Positions 1 through 9,596 of a stretch of DNA of 64,000 bases are shown piece by piece. The notes beneath the pieces were generated by a model. It was not told the origin of the DNA. It saw only the letters and a list, made by a program, of their open reading frames with translations, and made no database searches. Position 1 is the first letter of the stretch, and each line of letters starts with the position of its first letter. The translations under genes and the position numbers were made by a program. The DNA lies in IMG/VR virus record IMGVR_UViG_3300044953_000352, positions 1 through 64,000 of that record; one strand, written 5' to 3'. The DNA comes from a virus.

Positions 1-780
1 ACCAGCAGATGAATAATCTTTTCTTTTTTGTATCATCCATCCTTGATTTTCACGATTTTGCATAAAATGAGGTAAATTTTTAGTATAAACTTCAATTACT
101 TTTTTTTGACCATTTACTTTAAAATCGGGATTAAATCTTTTTCCATCTGGTGTGTTTATCCAAAACTTATAATCTCCTACGTATCTTAAATCTAGATTTT
201 TATTTAAAAATTTATTAATAAACTTTTTTTCTAATAAAGTTGGTCTTTTCCACTGAGTTTTTTTCATTCCCTCTTGCCAGTTTTTAACATACTCTGGGGT
301 TTTCCACATCTTTTTACAAGAAATACTTGTTTTAAGATTAGAAATTTCAGGGTTTTTTCTTTTGTATCCTTTTTGATTCTGAGGCAATTCTTTTTGTTTC
401 ATCAAACCAAGATTATTTCTTTTTGAAATTTGTTTTGAATTAATATATTTTAACCATTGTTGTTTTCCAACATTATTAATTGAACGAAGTTCTCGTTCCG
501 TCATTTCCAATACTTCCATTCCAATTTCAAAATTTTCTGTTACTAATGGTCTATTATCTGCTCCCCACCAAACGTGATCTTTAGTGCAAATTATTTTTTT
601 CCTTAATCCAAAATCTAATACACACAAATCATTGGAGGACACTTCTTTTTTAATAATATTTTTAATAGTGTTTTTAACTACAGAGCTTCCATTCCATGTC
701 CAAATTTCATCACCTATTTTTAGATTTTTAATGGATGTATATCCGATTGGAGTAGCAATTGGACTATTACCACCTAAACA
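1..780 (-). mobile_element. Intein in IscU with Vsr/DUF559-like PD-(D/E)XK endonuclease (C-terminal part outside window)
   Basis: After FKTFG the frame reads CLGGNSPIATPIGYTSIKNLKIGDEIWTWNG (block A), IICTKDHVWW (block B TxxH), then RPTLLEKKF...RFNPDFKVNGQKKVIEVY. Confidence 0.85.
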
Positions 781-975
781 TCCAAAAGTTTTAAACCTAG
801 CATCAGTTACAGTACCAGTAACATCGTCAATTTTGAGACTGATTTTCATGATATCACCACAAACAGCTGCTCCTACTTCACCAACGGCATCTGCATCTTT
901 AATATCACCCATGTTACGTGGATTTAAAAAATGATCCATAACTGTTTCGTTGTATAATGTATAAGAATCGCTCAT
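1..975 (-). CDS. iscU: IscU/NifU-N Fe-S scaffold protein containing an intein (runs off left edge; not in ORF track)
   Basis: Manual translation from ATG at 975: MSDSYTLYNETVMDHFLNPRNMGDIKDADAVGEVGAAVCGDIMKISLKIDD...ARFKTFG|C. HFxNPRN, CGD and FKTFGC are IscU motifs; frame open to position 1. Confidence 0.9.
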   Translation of the reverse strand, partial: MSDSYTLYNETVMDHFLNPRNMGDIKDADAVGEVGAAVCGDIMKISLKIDDVTGTVTDARFKTFGCLGGNSPIATPIGYTSIKNLKIGDEIWTWNGSSVVKNTIKNIIKKEVSSNDLCVLDFGLRKKIICTKDHVWWGADNRPLVTENFEIGMEVLEMTERELRSINNVGKQQWLKYINSKQISKRNNLGLMKQKELPQNQKGYKRKNPEISNLKTSISCKKMWKTPEYVKNWQEGMKKTQWKRPTLLEKKFINKFLNKNLDLRYVGDYKFWINTPDGKRFNPDFKVNGQKKVIEVYTKNLPHFMQNRENQGWMIQKRKDYSSAG

Positions 976-979
976 AAAT

Positions 980-2116
980 TTATTGTATTGTTTGTTTTAG
1001 ATCATTATCAACCATTTTTTTCACAAGTTGATCAAATGAAGTTTTTGGATTCCAATTTAATTCTTTTCTCGCTAAGTTACTATTTCCTAGTAGTAAATCT
1101 ACTTCTGCTGGTCTAAAGAACTTCGGATTAATTTTAACTAAAACGCTTGAGTTTGGATTGTATTTTTCGTATGTTTCAACTGAAATACTAAACTCTTCAT
1201 TTACTCCGTTACCGTGCCAAGTACCTTCAATTCCTGCATATTTAAATGCTAATGATACGAATTCTCTGATAGTATGTGTTTCATTGCTACTTAATACGTA
1301 TTCGTTTGGTTTTTCTTGATTTAACATTTTCCAAATACCTTCAACAAAATCTTCAGCATCACTCCAATCTCGTTTTGATTCTACATTTCCTAATTCGATA
1401 GGATCAAAAGATTTACCTTCAATTATAGCTTTCTTAATTCTAGCTACACCTTTTGTAATTTTACGAGTTACAAATTCCCCTCCTCTACGAGTGCCTTCGT
1501 GATTGAATAGTAAACCTTGTATAGCATATAGATTATAACTTTCTCTATAAACTTTTACAATTTGTCTAGCTGCCGATTTACTAGCACCATATGGACTACG
1601 AGGTTTTGCAGGATGTTTTTCGTCTTGAGGAACGTATTCTACATTACCATATTCTTCACTACTTCCGGCATTATAAAATCTACAGATTGGTTTATGTTGA
1701 CGAATTGCTTCTAAAATATGAATAACTCCAGTTGTATTACATTCCCAAGTATGTGCCGGAAAGTCCCAACTGCTGGCTACAAATGTTTGTGCGGCTAAAT
1801 TGATAAAATAATCTGGCTTTAAGTCTTTTACAATACTGTTTATAGCATGTGCATCTGTTAAATCGAAATTTACAAGAGCAAATCTATTTAAACTGCAATC
1901 AACATCTTTTAAATTGTCATGGTTTGCTACACTAAGTCTACGAACTCCTCCAAAAATCATGTAATCTGTATTCTTCAATAAATAATCAACCAAATGACTA
2001 CCATCTTGTCCAGTAACTCCGGTGATAAAGACCACTTTTTTATTTTTGGGAATGAGTGAAACCGAATCTAAAATTTTAAATATATTCATATTTTTTATAA
2101 TAATTGTTGATGTCAT
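980..2116 (-). CDS. gmd: GDP-mannose 4,6-dehydratase (likely start 2089)
   Basis: ITGVTGQDGS, NLAAQTFV, PRSPYGASK, LFNHEGTRRG.EFVTRKIT, RDWSDAEDFV, FRPAEVDLLLG. Confidence 0.95.
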   Translation of the reverse strand: MTSTIIIKNMNIFKILDSVSLIPKNKKVVFITGVTGQDGSHLVDYLLKNTDYMIFGGVRRLSVANHDNLKDVDCSLNRFALVNFDLTDAHAINSIVKDLKPDYFINLAAQTFVASSWDFPAHTWECNTTGVIHILEAIRQHKPICRFYNAGSSEEYGNVEYVPQDEKHPAKPRSPYGASKSAARQIVKVYRESYNLYAIQGLLFNHEGTRRGGEFVTRKITKGVARIKKAIIEGKSFDPIELGNVESKRDWSDAEDFVEGIWKMLNQEKPNEYVLSSNETHTIREFVSLAFKYAGIEGTWHGNGVNEEFSISVETYEKYNPNSSVLVKINPKFFRPAEVDLLLGNSNLARKELNWNPKTSFDQLVKKMVDNDLKQTIQ

Positions 2117-2159
2117 ATAAAAACTTTTAAAGTGTTCAGATTATATATGTATATATACT

Positions 2160-2543
2160 ATGAATCAAGATATTTTAATTCAAAATCTAGAAAATAAAGA
2201 TTATTTTAATTCTGTTATACAAGATTTTCCGGGACTATACTCAGATTGTTTGATGGTAAAACAAAAAAAGTCAAAAAAGCTAACACAAACTTCTGTTGAA
2301 AAAATTATAAATTTTTATAAAACAAATCAAAAATTTAAAAAATTTATAGATAATTTAAATTTAACGATATCAAAAGAATCTATAAAAGAAGAGGTAAACG
2401 ACGTAGCAGGATTAATAATAGTAATTGACAAGCAAGAAAACAGTTATAAACAACTTATGGAAACTGCAAAAAAAGAAAAGTGGGTATATAAAGGATTACA
2501 CATTATAACTGAATTTGATAAACTTCGATTATATTTTTATTAA
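2160..2543 (+). CDS. hypothetical protein
   Basis: 127 aa ORF filling the gap; TATGTAT motif upstream of ATG. Confidence 0.6.
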   Translation: MNQDILIQNLENKDYFNSVIQDFPGLYSDCLMVKQKKSKKLTQTSVEKIINFYKTNQKFKKFIDNLNLTISKESIKEEVNDVAGLIIVIDKQENSYKQLMETAKKEKWVYKGLHIITEFDKLRLYFY

Positions 2544-2548
2544 TATTC

Positions 2549-3010
2549 TTAATCTTCATCTTCTCCAGCATCGTCATTTTCGTTTGTATTATTTCCATAT
2601 TTTTTATGAAAATTTCTAAAATCTTCATCACTTAACCCTAAAGAAGATAGTATCGATAAAATAACATAACATATTTCATCTTTAGTATAATTTGAATCAA
2701 TTAATTTTTTTGCTATTGTACTAGAAACGTGATTTAATTTTAATAATTTGGTGTCATCTGTTATAAATGTATTTACTTTATCTTTATTATTATAATTTAT
2801 AATTAATCCGGGAATGTCTTCTTGTTTCAATGACTGTCTAGTAAATTTTGATATTTCATCATTTAGCATCTTGTTAAACTGTTTAGGATTTTTACATTTC
2901 TTCTTTAAACGATCATTTAATTTTTTGATATATATTTTAGAAACTTTTTTGGCAACGCTAAAAGAAACTAAAACTCCATGTTTCGATATAAGATGTTCAA
3001 CAGTGTTCAT
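2549..3010 (-). CDS. hypothetical protein with acidic tail
   Basis: 153 aa ORF; TATTTAT 6 nt upstream of ATG. Confidence 0.65.
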   Translation of the reverse strand: MNTVEHLISKHGVLVSFSVAKKVSKIYIKKLNDRLKKKCKNPKQFNKMLNDEISKFTRQSLKQEDIPGLIINYNNKDKVNTFITDDTKLLKLNHVSSTIAKKLIDSNYTKDEICYVILSILSSLGLSDEDFRNFHKKYGNNTNENDDAGEDED

Positions 3011-3027
3011 TATTCAATAAATATCAT

Positions 3028-3816
3028 TTAAAATCTTGATTTCAACGGACATTTTGCTCCTTGTAAAATATCTGGATCCATGTTAAAATGAATAGTTCCT
3101 TTTTTAAGATAGCCTCTTCCACAATTAAATGTACAGTTATAACAATATATTTTTATATTTTCTAACCTATGATTATGTTTATCTCCATCTTCAAAATTAA
3201 GTAATAAAGGAATTTTGCCATCAGTAATTCTTCTTTCATGATATCCACATTGTTCACATTCTGCTTTTTTAATACCAGATCTAATTAACTTATCTTTTAA
3301 TCTGTGTATTGGAAAATTAGGATGTTTGCCTTCTAATATATCTGTAATAGGATATTTTCCTTTATAAGGATTAAATGGGCATATATTTGGTCTTTTTGCA
3401 GTGCGGTCATACTTCTTAAAAATATTATAAAGTTTACAATATTTTTTGTATGTTGGATAACTAACCCCCAATCTTTTTGCTGCTTGTCTTGCACTTGCAG
3501 TAACTTTTTGTACTTCTAAAATTTCGGATTCTAATAAAGGTTTCGCTGATAGTCCAACAAGTCCTCGTTTTTTAAAAATAATATCATCTGCTTTTTTCTG
3601 TAAAAAAGGAATAGTAATATCTTGTTGTTTAAGTGCTTCAACTTCTGCCACTATTTCTTTATTTACTTCATCTGCAATTTCAGAGCCAATTACAGTTAAA
3701 TCTTTTATATCTTTTACTTCACGTTTTAATAAATCTAATTCTTTAGATTTTGCTTCTAATTCTTTTAGTCTCAACAGAATTGCATCTATATCATGATTAT
3801 TTGGAGTATCGCTCAT
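3028..3816 (-). CDS. HTH plus degenerate HNH/Zn-finger protein
   Basis: SARQAAKRLGVSYPTYKKY (HTH); CEQCG...LLLNFEDGDKHNHRLENIKIYCYNC (HNH-like, usual His replaced). Confidence 0.65.
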   Translation of the reverse strand: MSDTPNNHDIDAILLRLKELEAKSKELDLLKREVKDIKDLTVIGSEIADEVNKEIVAEVEALKQQDITIPFLQKKADDIIFKKRGLVGLSAKPLLESEILEVQKVTASARQAAKRLGVSYPTYKKYCKLYNIFKKYDRTAKRPNICPFNPYKGKYPITDILEGKHPNFPIHRLKDKLIRSGIKKAECEQCGYHERRITDGKIPLLLNFEDGDKHNHRLENIKIYCYNCTFNCGRGYLKKGTIHFNMDPDILQGAKCPLKSRF

Positions 3817-4139
3817 ACATTTTTCAAAGGCTCAGTTGCCCAGTCTATGTTATTATTTTTAATAAAATGCTCTCTTACTATTTCTGCATATTTATGCATT
3901 CCTGCGTTTATTAAAATTTTATATGCATTGAACGTATGCATATTTTTATACAAATCTTTAGGCAAAGAACTATTATATAAACAACAGTTTATTACAGATG
4001 CCACTCGCAATTGTTTTTCTTTCACCAAGCTTTCAATAGCTTGTGTGCATGCTTCTGTGTATATATCTTCAAAGATTTTATTATCAATCTTTACTATTTT
4101 TGTCCAATTTCCACTACTAACTATTACTGTTTTTATCAT
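3813..4139 (-). CDS. hypothetical protein
   Basis: ATGA overlap with the downstream gene; likely start MIKTV at 4139. Confidence 0.6.
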   Translation of the reverse strand: MIKTVIVSSGNWTKIVKIDNKIFEDIYTEACTQAIESLVKEKQLRVASVINCCLYNSSLPKDLYKNMHTFNAYKILINAGMHKYAEIVREHFIKNNNIDWATEPLKNV

Positions 4140-6747
4140 AATTAAGATCTCCGTCATTCAATAAGTCTAAGTTTGTCAATTTTTTATTTACATTTTCACA
4201 AACTTTTTCTTCGACTGTATTTGCTACAAATACTATTTTTTGTATACTTTTTGTTTTTGAACTATCTCTCCAAACACGTCCTGTTGATTGTCTCATATTT
4301 ACAGGAGAATATGAAGGTGAAATTATAGCTAATCTTGGATGTTTTCCGTTTATATCATGCAAAGAAATTCCAGCACCACCAGCCGCTATATTAATTAATA
4401 TAACTCTTTCTTTATCATCTTGGAAATCATCAATACTCTGCCGTCTTGTTTTTTTATATTTTGCTTCTCCATTAACAATACATTGTGTATTTAATCTTTC
4501 AGAAAGTGCATGTAATGTTTCGGTGAAGTTAACAAATACTGCTACACTCATACCATTTTCAATTCCTTCTTCTATCATTTCAACAAACAAAGGAACTTTT
4601 ATTAATTCGATTTCTTGTCTGGCACGAAGAATTGCAGTTAATTCAGAGGTTTTTTCTTTTTTAATTTTTTTTCTTAACTTTTCCAATTCTTTATTCATTT
4701 CACTGTAAACCGAATTTATCTTTTTTTGAACTTTTTCTTCCATATCATAGCATTCTGCTATAATTTGACTTTCTGGAAAGTTTGGAATTGTATCTCTACT
4801 TAATCTAACACCTCTATCTATAAAAATATCTTTATGCAATTTTTTTAAAATATCATTATTTCCTTTAAATTCTAATCCAAATCTACCTTTTACAACACCG
4901 TGTTCATATAACCATTTATAGTATTGTTTATTATTACTAAATAATCCAAGACACATACCGACTGTTCTTAGTTCAAGTGGATTAGTAGCATTTGTAGCAC
5001 TACAAAATATCATTCTATAACCTTGTTTTAATGCAGCTAAACAAGTTTCACTGTTTTTTGTAGTTGCTCCTTTTAATTTTTGACTTTCATCCCATATAAT
5101 AACTGTATTTTTAGGCAATTTCCATACAAATTCTTTTCTTCTCGTATCTCTTCGTTTTACGTATGAAGCATATGGATTATCAGTCCTACCTACTCTCAAC
5201 GATTCATAATTTATAATACCTATTAATTTATCTTGTATTTTAAAATGGTTACATATTACTCTTCTCCATGATTCCATGACTGCAATAGGACAAACAATAA
5301 ACATTTTGGCATTTAATTCTCTTATTGTACCACATGCATTATATGTTTTACCTGTATTATGAGTAACAGTAAAATCTCCAAGTAAAAATCTACCATCACC
5401 ATTCAAACAAAATCCATAAAAATCATCGACTTGTAAAATTTCAGTCGAAAATCCAGTTACCAACACATTTTTCTTTTGTTTTCTCGTAGATGATTTTTTT
5501 CTGTCAAGTCGTGTCGGAATTATAGAACAATCTCCGCTAATAGATACTTTATAATATTCACCTGTCACTCCGTTATTAAAACATGTTTTTTTAACTTTTT
5601 TTATATACGCTGCGAGTCCTAATGATTTTGAAATAAATTCTACATCTTGAGCTAAATTATATGATTTTACTGTAAAATCATATCCCCCATTTCTATAAAA
5701 TCCGTCAGAATCCAAAAGCCCTGCTAATATTTCTAATCTTTGATTTTTATCACATATTTTATATTCATGAGGAATGTATCTATTTTCAGATTTTATATGC
5801 AATAGATTTACTTTTCGTAAATATTTATATAAATTAGGAGCATTTGTTATTCTTTTCGTAATCTTTTCTGAAGTGTACCCTAATTTCCAATCATTTTTAA
5901 TAACTTCTTCGTTAACTGCATTCCAACAAATATTATCAGTTGATGTAAAAGTCACACAATTAGATGAAAGTCCACCATCTCCAAGTATAAGACCAATGAA
6001 ATAAGGGGAAAACGGTTGAATAGATGTCTTCCAACAATTTACACCCATACGGAATAATTTCATATGCTTTTTGACAGATGAAGATAATTTCAAATAATCA
6101 GACACCTTTATATCATATATTTGATTTGATTTAAATCCACCGATTGATTTTTTTGTTTTATGTAAATTAGTAATTTTTACAGTTAAAACGTGGTTTATAT
6201 TAACAACAAATGGATATCCTTTTATTGGAGATATTTTAACCATTGTTTCTTTTCCAGAACATAATGATAATACTTTTTGTGGTCCATTCCATCCCATTAT
6301 ATAATCACCAATTTTTATGTTTTCTACCAATTTTACAGTTCCATCATACATTAATATCGGTTGTCCTTTAGCATGACATCCGACATCACTTCCATCAATA
6401 GCACATCCCCATGTATCTATTGCAGCAACTAATTTACCAACAGCCGAAACTTGCCAAGGTCGCAAGCCTTCTGTGTGTTTAACTTCTTTTGGTACTAATT
6501 CTTTAACTTTTTCAATTTTATTTTCTACTTGAGGTGCATCAAATAATTCTTTTTTTGGCTGTTTTTCAATTACGTACCATTTATTCTCTTTCTTGATAAC
6601 TCCATAACCATCAATTTTTAGTTTGAAACTATTTTTCTTCCAATAGTCAAAAAATTGAGAGCAAATTTCAAATGGAATTAACCATTCTCTTTGCCATCCG
6701 TCTGCCACTTTATATGGAGTGCCCCAATCAAGATTTAAAACGCCCAT
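4117..6747 (-). CDS. SF2 (SNF2-like) helicase with intein
   Basis: LRPWQ Q-motif; Walker A SDVG|TGKT split by intein; WDESQ; SAT; AGGAGISLH; QSTGRVWR. Confidence 0.9.
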   Translation of the reverse strand: MGVLNLDWGTPYKVADGWQREWLIPFEICSQFFDYWKKNSFKLKIDGYGVIKKENKWYVIEKQPKKELFDAPQVENKIEKVKELVPKEVKHTEGLRPWQVSAVGKLVAAIDTWGCAIDGSDVGCHAKGQPILMYDGTVKLVENIKIGDYIMGWNGPQKVLSLCSGKETMVKISPIKGYPFVVNINHVLTVKITNLHKTKKSIGGFKSNQIYDIKVSDYLKLSSSVKKHMKLFRMGVNCWKTSIQPFSPYFIGLILGDGGLSSNCVTFTSTDNICWNAVNEEVIKNDWKLGYTSEKITKRITNAPNLYKYLRKVNLLHIKSENRYIPHEYKICDKNQRLEILAGLLDSDGFYRNGGYDFTVKSYNLAQDVEFISKSLGLAAYIKKVKKTCFNNGVTGEYYKVSISGDCSIIPTRLDRKKSSTRKQKKNVLVTGFSTEILQVDDFYGFCLNGDGRFLLGDFTVTHNTGKTYNACGTIRELNAKMFIVCPIAVMESWRRVICNHFKIQDKLIGIINYESLRVGRTDNPYASYVKRRDTRRKEFVWKLPKNTVIIWDESQKLKGATTKNSETCLAALKQGYRMIFCSATNATNPLELRTVGMCLGLFSNNKQYYKWLYEHGVVKGRFGLEFKGNNDILKKLHKDIFIDRGVRLSRDTIPNFPESQIIAECYDMEEKVQKKINSVYSEMNKELEKLRKKIKKEKTSELTAILRARQEIELIKVPLFVEMIEEGIENGMSVAVFVNFTETLHALSERLNTQCIVNGEAKYKKTRRQSIDDFQDDKERVILINIAAGGAGISLHDINGKHPRLAIISPSYSPVNMRQSTGRVWRDSSKTKSIQKIVFVANTVEEKVCENVNKKLTNLDLLNDGDLNYDKNSNS
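5356..6378 (-). mobile_element. 341 aa intein with LAGLIDADG homing endonuclease
   Basis: Starts CHAKGQPILMYDG, contains IGLILGDGG and ILAGLLDSDG, ends FTVTHN followed by +1 Thr. Confidence 0.95.
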
Positions 6748-6754
6748 ATGTCAA

Positions 6755-7054
6755 TTAATCACCCATTTCGGTTCTATATTTTGAATATATTGCAACTTCA
6801 TGAATATTGCATCGAACAAGACGATCTGGTTTAACGACACCAATATCAAAATATTGACTCATTGATTCTGTAAATGTTTTGCCATTACGATCATCTGATC
6901 CATGTCCTAAATCTTCTAGATTTTGCATGTATTGAGTTCTGTTTTGCCTAAATTTACGTTGAACACTACCTTCCAAATGTTTTACAACTTCGTTAATAGT
7001 GTTAAAATAAATAGGATTATTTCCAATTGTAGTATCTTTGATATAAAATTTCAT
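6755..7054 (-). CDS. hypothetical protein
   Basis: Likely start MKFYIKD at 7054, preceded by ATATGTATA. Confidence 0.6.
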   Translation of the reverse strand: MKFYIKDTTIGNNPIYFNTINEVVKHLEGSVQRKFRQNRTQYMQNLEDLGHGSDDRNGKTFTESMSQYFDIGVVKPDRLVRCNIHEVAIYSKYRTEMGD

Positions 7055-7213
7055 AACAATTGTATACATATGAATTACTTCTGTATACAATTAATATTTT
7101 AGCATATAATAAATATAATACAATTTATTATATTTTTCTTATAAATCTTTATTGTCTATCTATATAAATATTAACGCAATTCGTGATAATTTCTAATATT
7201 TATTTATAGAACT

Positions 7214-9595
7214 ATGGCGACTATCAGCAGCTATTCAATAAGATTTGATCAAAGAAACTCAGGCAATACCGCTTACTCGGAACGTTATGTAAGCGGTTCT
7301 AATCTTGCATTAATTACAGATGCTGTTGGAGTTGTGACTGGATCATCAACTGTACCATCAAGTAGTTATTCATTAACTGCTTCATATGCAGCGACTGCAT
7401 CTTATTTAGTGGGTGCAACTGCAAATAAAATAATAAGTCCAGATACACAAACTTCAGTAACCGCAAATAATGGAAGTATTTCTGGATCTGTATCTGGTGT
7501 TGCGTTAATTTCTGTATTAACTCAAAGTACTGTAAATGAACAAAACAACTCTGGTAGTTTTACATTACAAGGTCGTTATTCTGGGTCCAATATAAATGTA
7601 GGAATTCCACAAGATGCTTATTCATGGGGATCTTCGTTAAATGGTTCATACTTTTCAACGTGGAATAGTGATACAAATATTTCAGATATGTTTAGATTTT
7701 TAGCAGGAGCATTAAGTGCAAGTTATCCATCACCTACTCCAAATACAAAAATATTTGCAGGAGTAACAACTGCAAATGTAAACACAGGATCTAGTGTAAC
7801 AATAAATGGAAGAGTACCATCTGGATCTACAAATCCAAATATTATATATTTGCAAAATTTAGGATGGACTAATAGTGGATCTACATTATTTAGCGGATAC
7901 ACTTTCAAAAGTGGATCTGCGTACATGATATATTCTAGTTCAGTAGGAGGCAGTACAGTTGTTAGTTCTAGTTTAGGTTCTCCTGCATTTGGATTGGGAT
8001 TATTAACAAATAATTTAATTACATTAATTAGCTTAAGTGGCTCATTTAAATTAACATTTGCATCATCAAGTGCAGCCACTATAAATTATACAAATATACA
8101 AAATGTAGTATTAACACAACAAAATACAGAAAATACTACTCCGTCAATATCAAATCCTATAGCAGCAAAAATAGTTCCTTCTGCAAATAGTTCAGTTATT
8201 CCTCCAGTATATCAAGACGGATATTTCTATGGATTTACAGGATCGAATTTAACTAATAGTGTTAGTTTAAACAGTATAAGTAGTTCTGGTATTTATATTT
8301 TCTCAGCAAGTATTGGTATTGCAACTGGAAGTTCATTATATTCATTTTTTACTGGAAGTACACTAACATACTATTATACTCCATTAAAAGATGCAGATTT
8401 TACGCAATCCATCAGTGCAATAAATAGTTCATTAACTGCAATTACTGCATATTCAAGAAGTTTAAGTGGAGTTCCTTATTTAACAAGTGGTTCTACATAT
8501 CGATATGTAATTACTGCCAGTGGTCTATTTAATCCTTTATATTATAACGGTTTAATATCAAATGTAAATATCCCTTCAAATGAACTTGGACTTGCAACTG
8601 TAAATAGTTCTAGTTTGACAATGAATCCAACAATAGATACTATTGGAGTAGTTAAGTCATCTGATTACACAATCACAAGAGCAGTTGGAAGTTATCCTAT
8701 AGAATCAGATATTGTTATATTTGATGTTACATTAACGGCATTAGGTACCGGAAGTACCGCAGCGTCTATGGGAGCCATATCATCTAGTTTTATCGTAAAT
8801 GATACATCTTATAATAGAGCAGGATCAGGAACAACGATTGGTTCTCAAACTGTAAATGTACATACATCTGGTTTTTTTGGACAACCTATTTCCAGTGGAA
8901 GTTTACTATATTTTGGACGACTTGACTCTAATATTGCATCTGCATTAACATTTAGCACAGTTGCAAATACTGAGAGACTTTTAGACGAAACGTATAGACG
9001 AGTATTAGACAATAATTTATTGACAATGACAGGAACTCCGTTTGATAGTTCTTCTTTATTGACTTCTAAAGATTTACAAGTTAAACCGGGATATCTTGTA
9101 AATTCCGGTGGTACTCACAGATATTGGTATCCATTGAATTATGGAGATACATACAAATATTATGTGCGTCATTTCAAAGCCGTTGCCGTAACAAGTCAAT
9201 TTAAGATAACTTTGACTGGAAACACTACATTAGTTGCGTGGGATAATTTAAGTACCGCCGATAGTATTGCAATCGGAATTATATTTGAAAGTGGAAATTC
9301 GAATAATTATGGTACATGTAGATTGTTTGATATTGCAAATTTAGCAAACAACATTGTTAGTGCAAGTGTACCACCCACAGCAGGAAAAAATCCATTTGGT
9401 GTAAATATCGATTTATACGGAAATAATGGAAGTGATGCAAGTAATAGTGGCGGTGTAATAATTTTTCCAACTAGAGCAGTCGATGGTGCAGAATTAGACA
9501 GCACTGTTGCTAGTAAAGATGAATTGTATTTAATTGTAAGATATAACGGAAGTCCAACCCCTTTAACAAGTATTAAAATAGAGAAAACATCTTAA
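7214..9595 (+). CDS. Ser/Thr/Gly-rich putative virion structural protein (tail/fibre-like)
   Basis: 793 aa low-charge protein with many SGS/TGS/TAS motifs; no catalytic motif seen. Confidence 0.6.
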   Translation: MATISSYSIRFDQRNSGNTAYSERYVSGSNLALITDAVGVVTGSSTVPSSSYSLTASYAATASYLVGATANKIISPDTQTSVTANNGSISGSVSGVALISVLTQSTVNEQNNSGSFTLQGRYSGSNINVGIPQDAYSWGSSLNGSYFSTWNSDTNISDMFRFLAGALSASYPSPTPNTKIFAGVTTANVNTGSSVTINGRVPSGSTNPNIIYLQNLGWTNSGSTLFSGYTFKSGSAYMIYSSSVGGSTVVSSSLGSPAFGLGLLTNNLITLISLSGSFKLTFASSSAATINYTNIQNVVLTQQNTENTTPSISNPIAAKIVPSANSSVIPPVYQDGYFYGFTGSNLTNSVSLNSISSSGIYIFSASIGIATGSSLYSFFTGSTLTYYYTPLKDADFTQSISAINSSLTAITAYSRSLSGVPYLTSGSTYRYVITASGLFNPLYYNGLISNVNIPSNELGLATVNSSSLTMNPTIDTIGVVKSSDYTITRAVGSYPIESDIVIFDVTLTALGTGSTAASMGAISSSFIVNDTSYNRAGSGTTIGSQTVNVHTSGFFGQPISSGSLLYFGRLDSNIASALTFSTVANTERLLDETYRRVLDNNLLTMTGTPFDSSSLLTSKDLQVKPGYLVNSGGTHRYWYPLNYGDTYKYYVRHFKAVAVTSQFKITLTGNTTLVAWDNLSTADSIAIGIIFESGNSNNYGTCRLFDIANLANNIVSASVPPTAGKNPFGVNIDLYGNNGSDASNSGGVIIFPTRAVDGAELDSTVASKDELYLIVRYNGSPTPLTSIKIEKTS

Positions 9596-9596
9596 T

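Noticed and set aside
584-934. Plus-strand 116 aa ORF in the track
   Set aside because: Antisense shadow of the iscU-intein gene.
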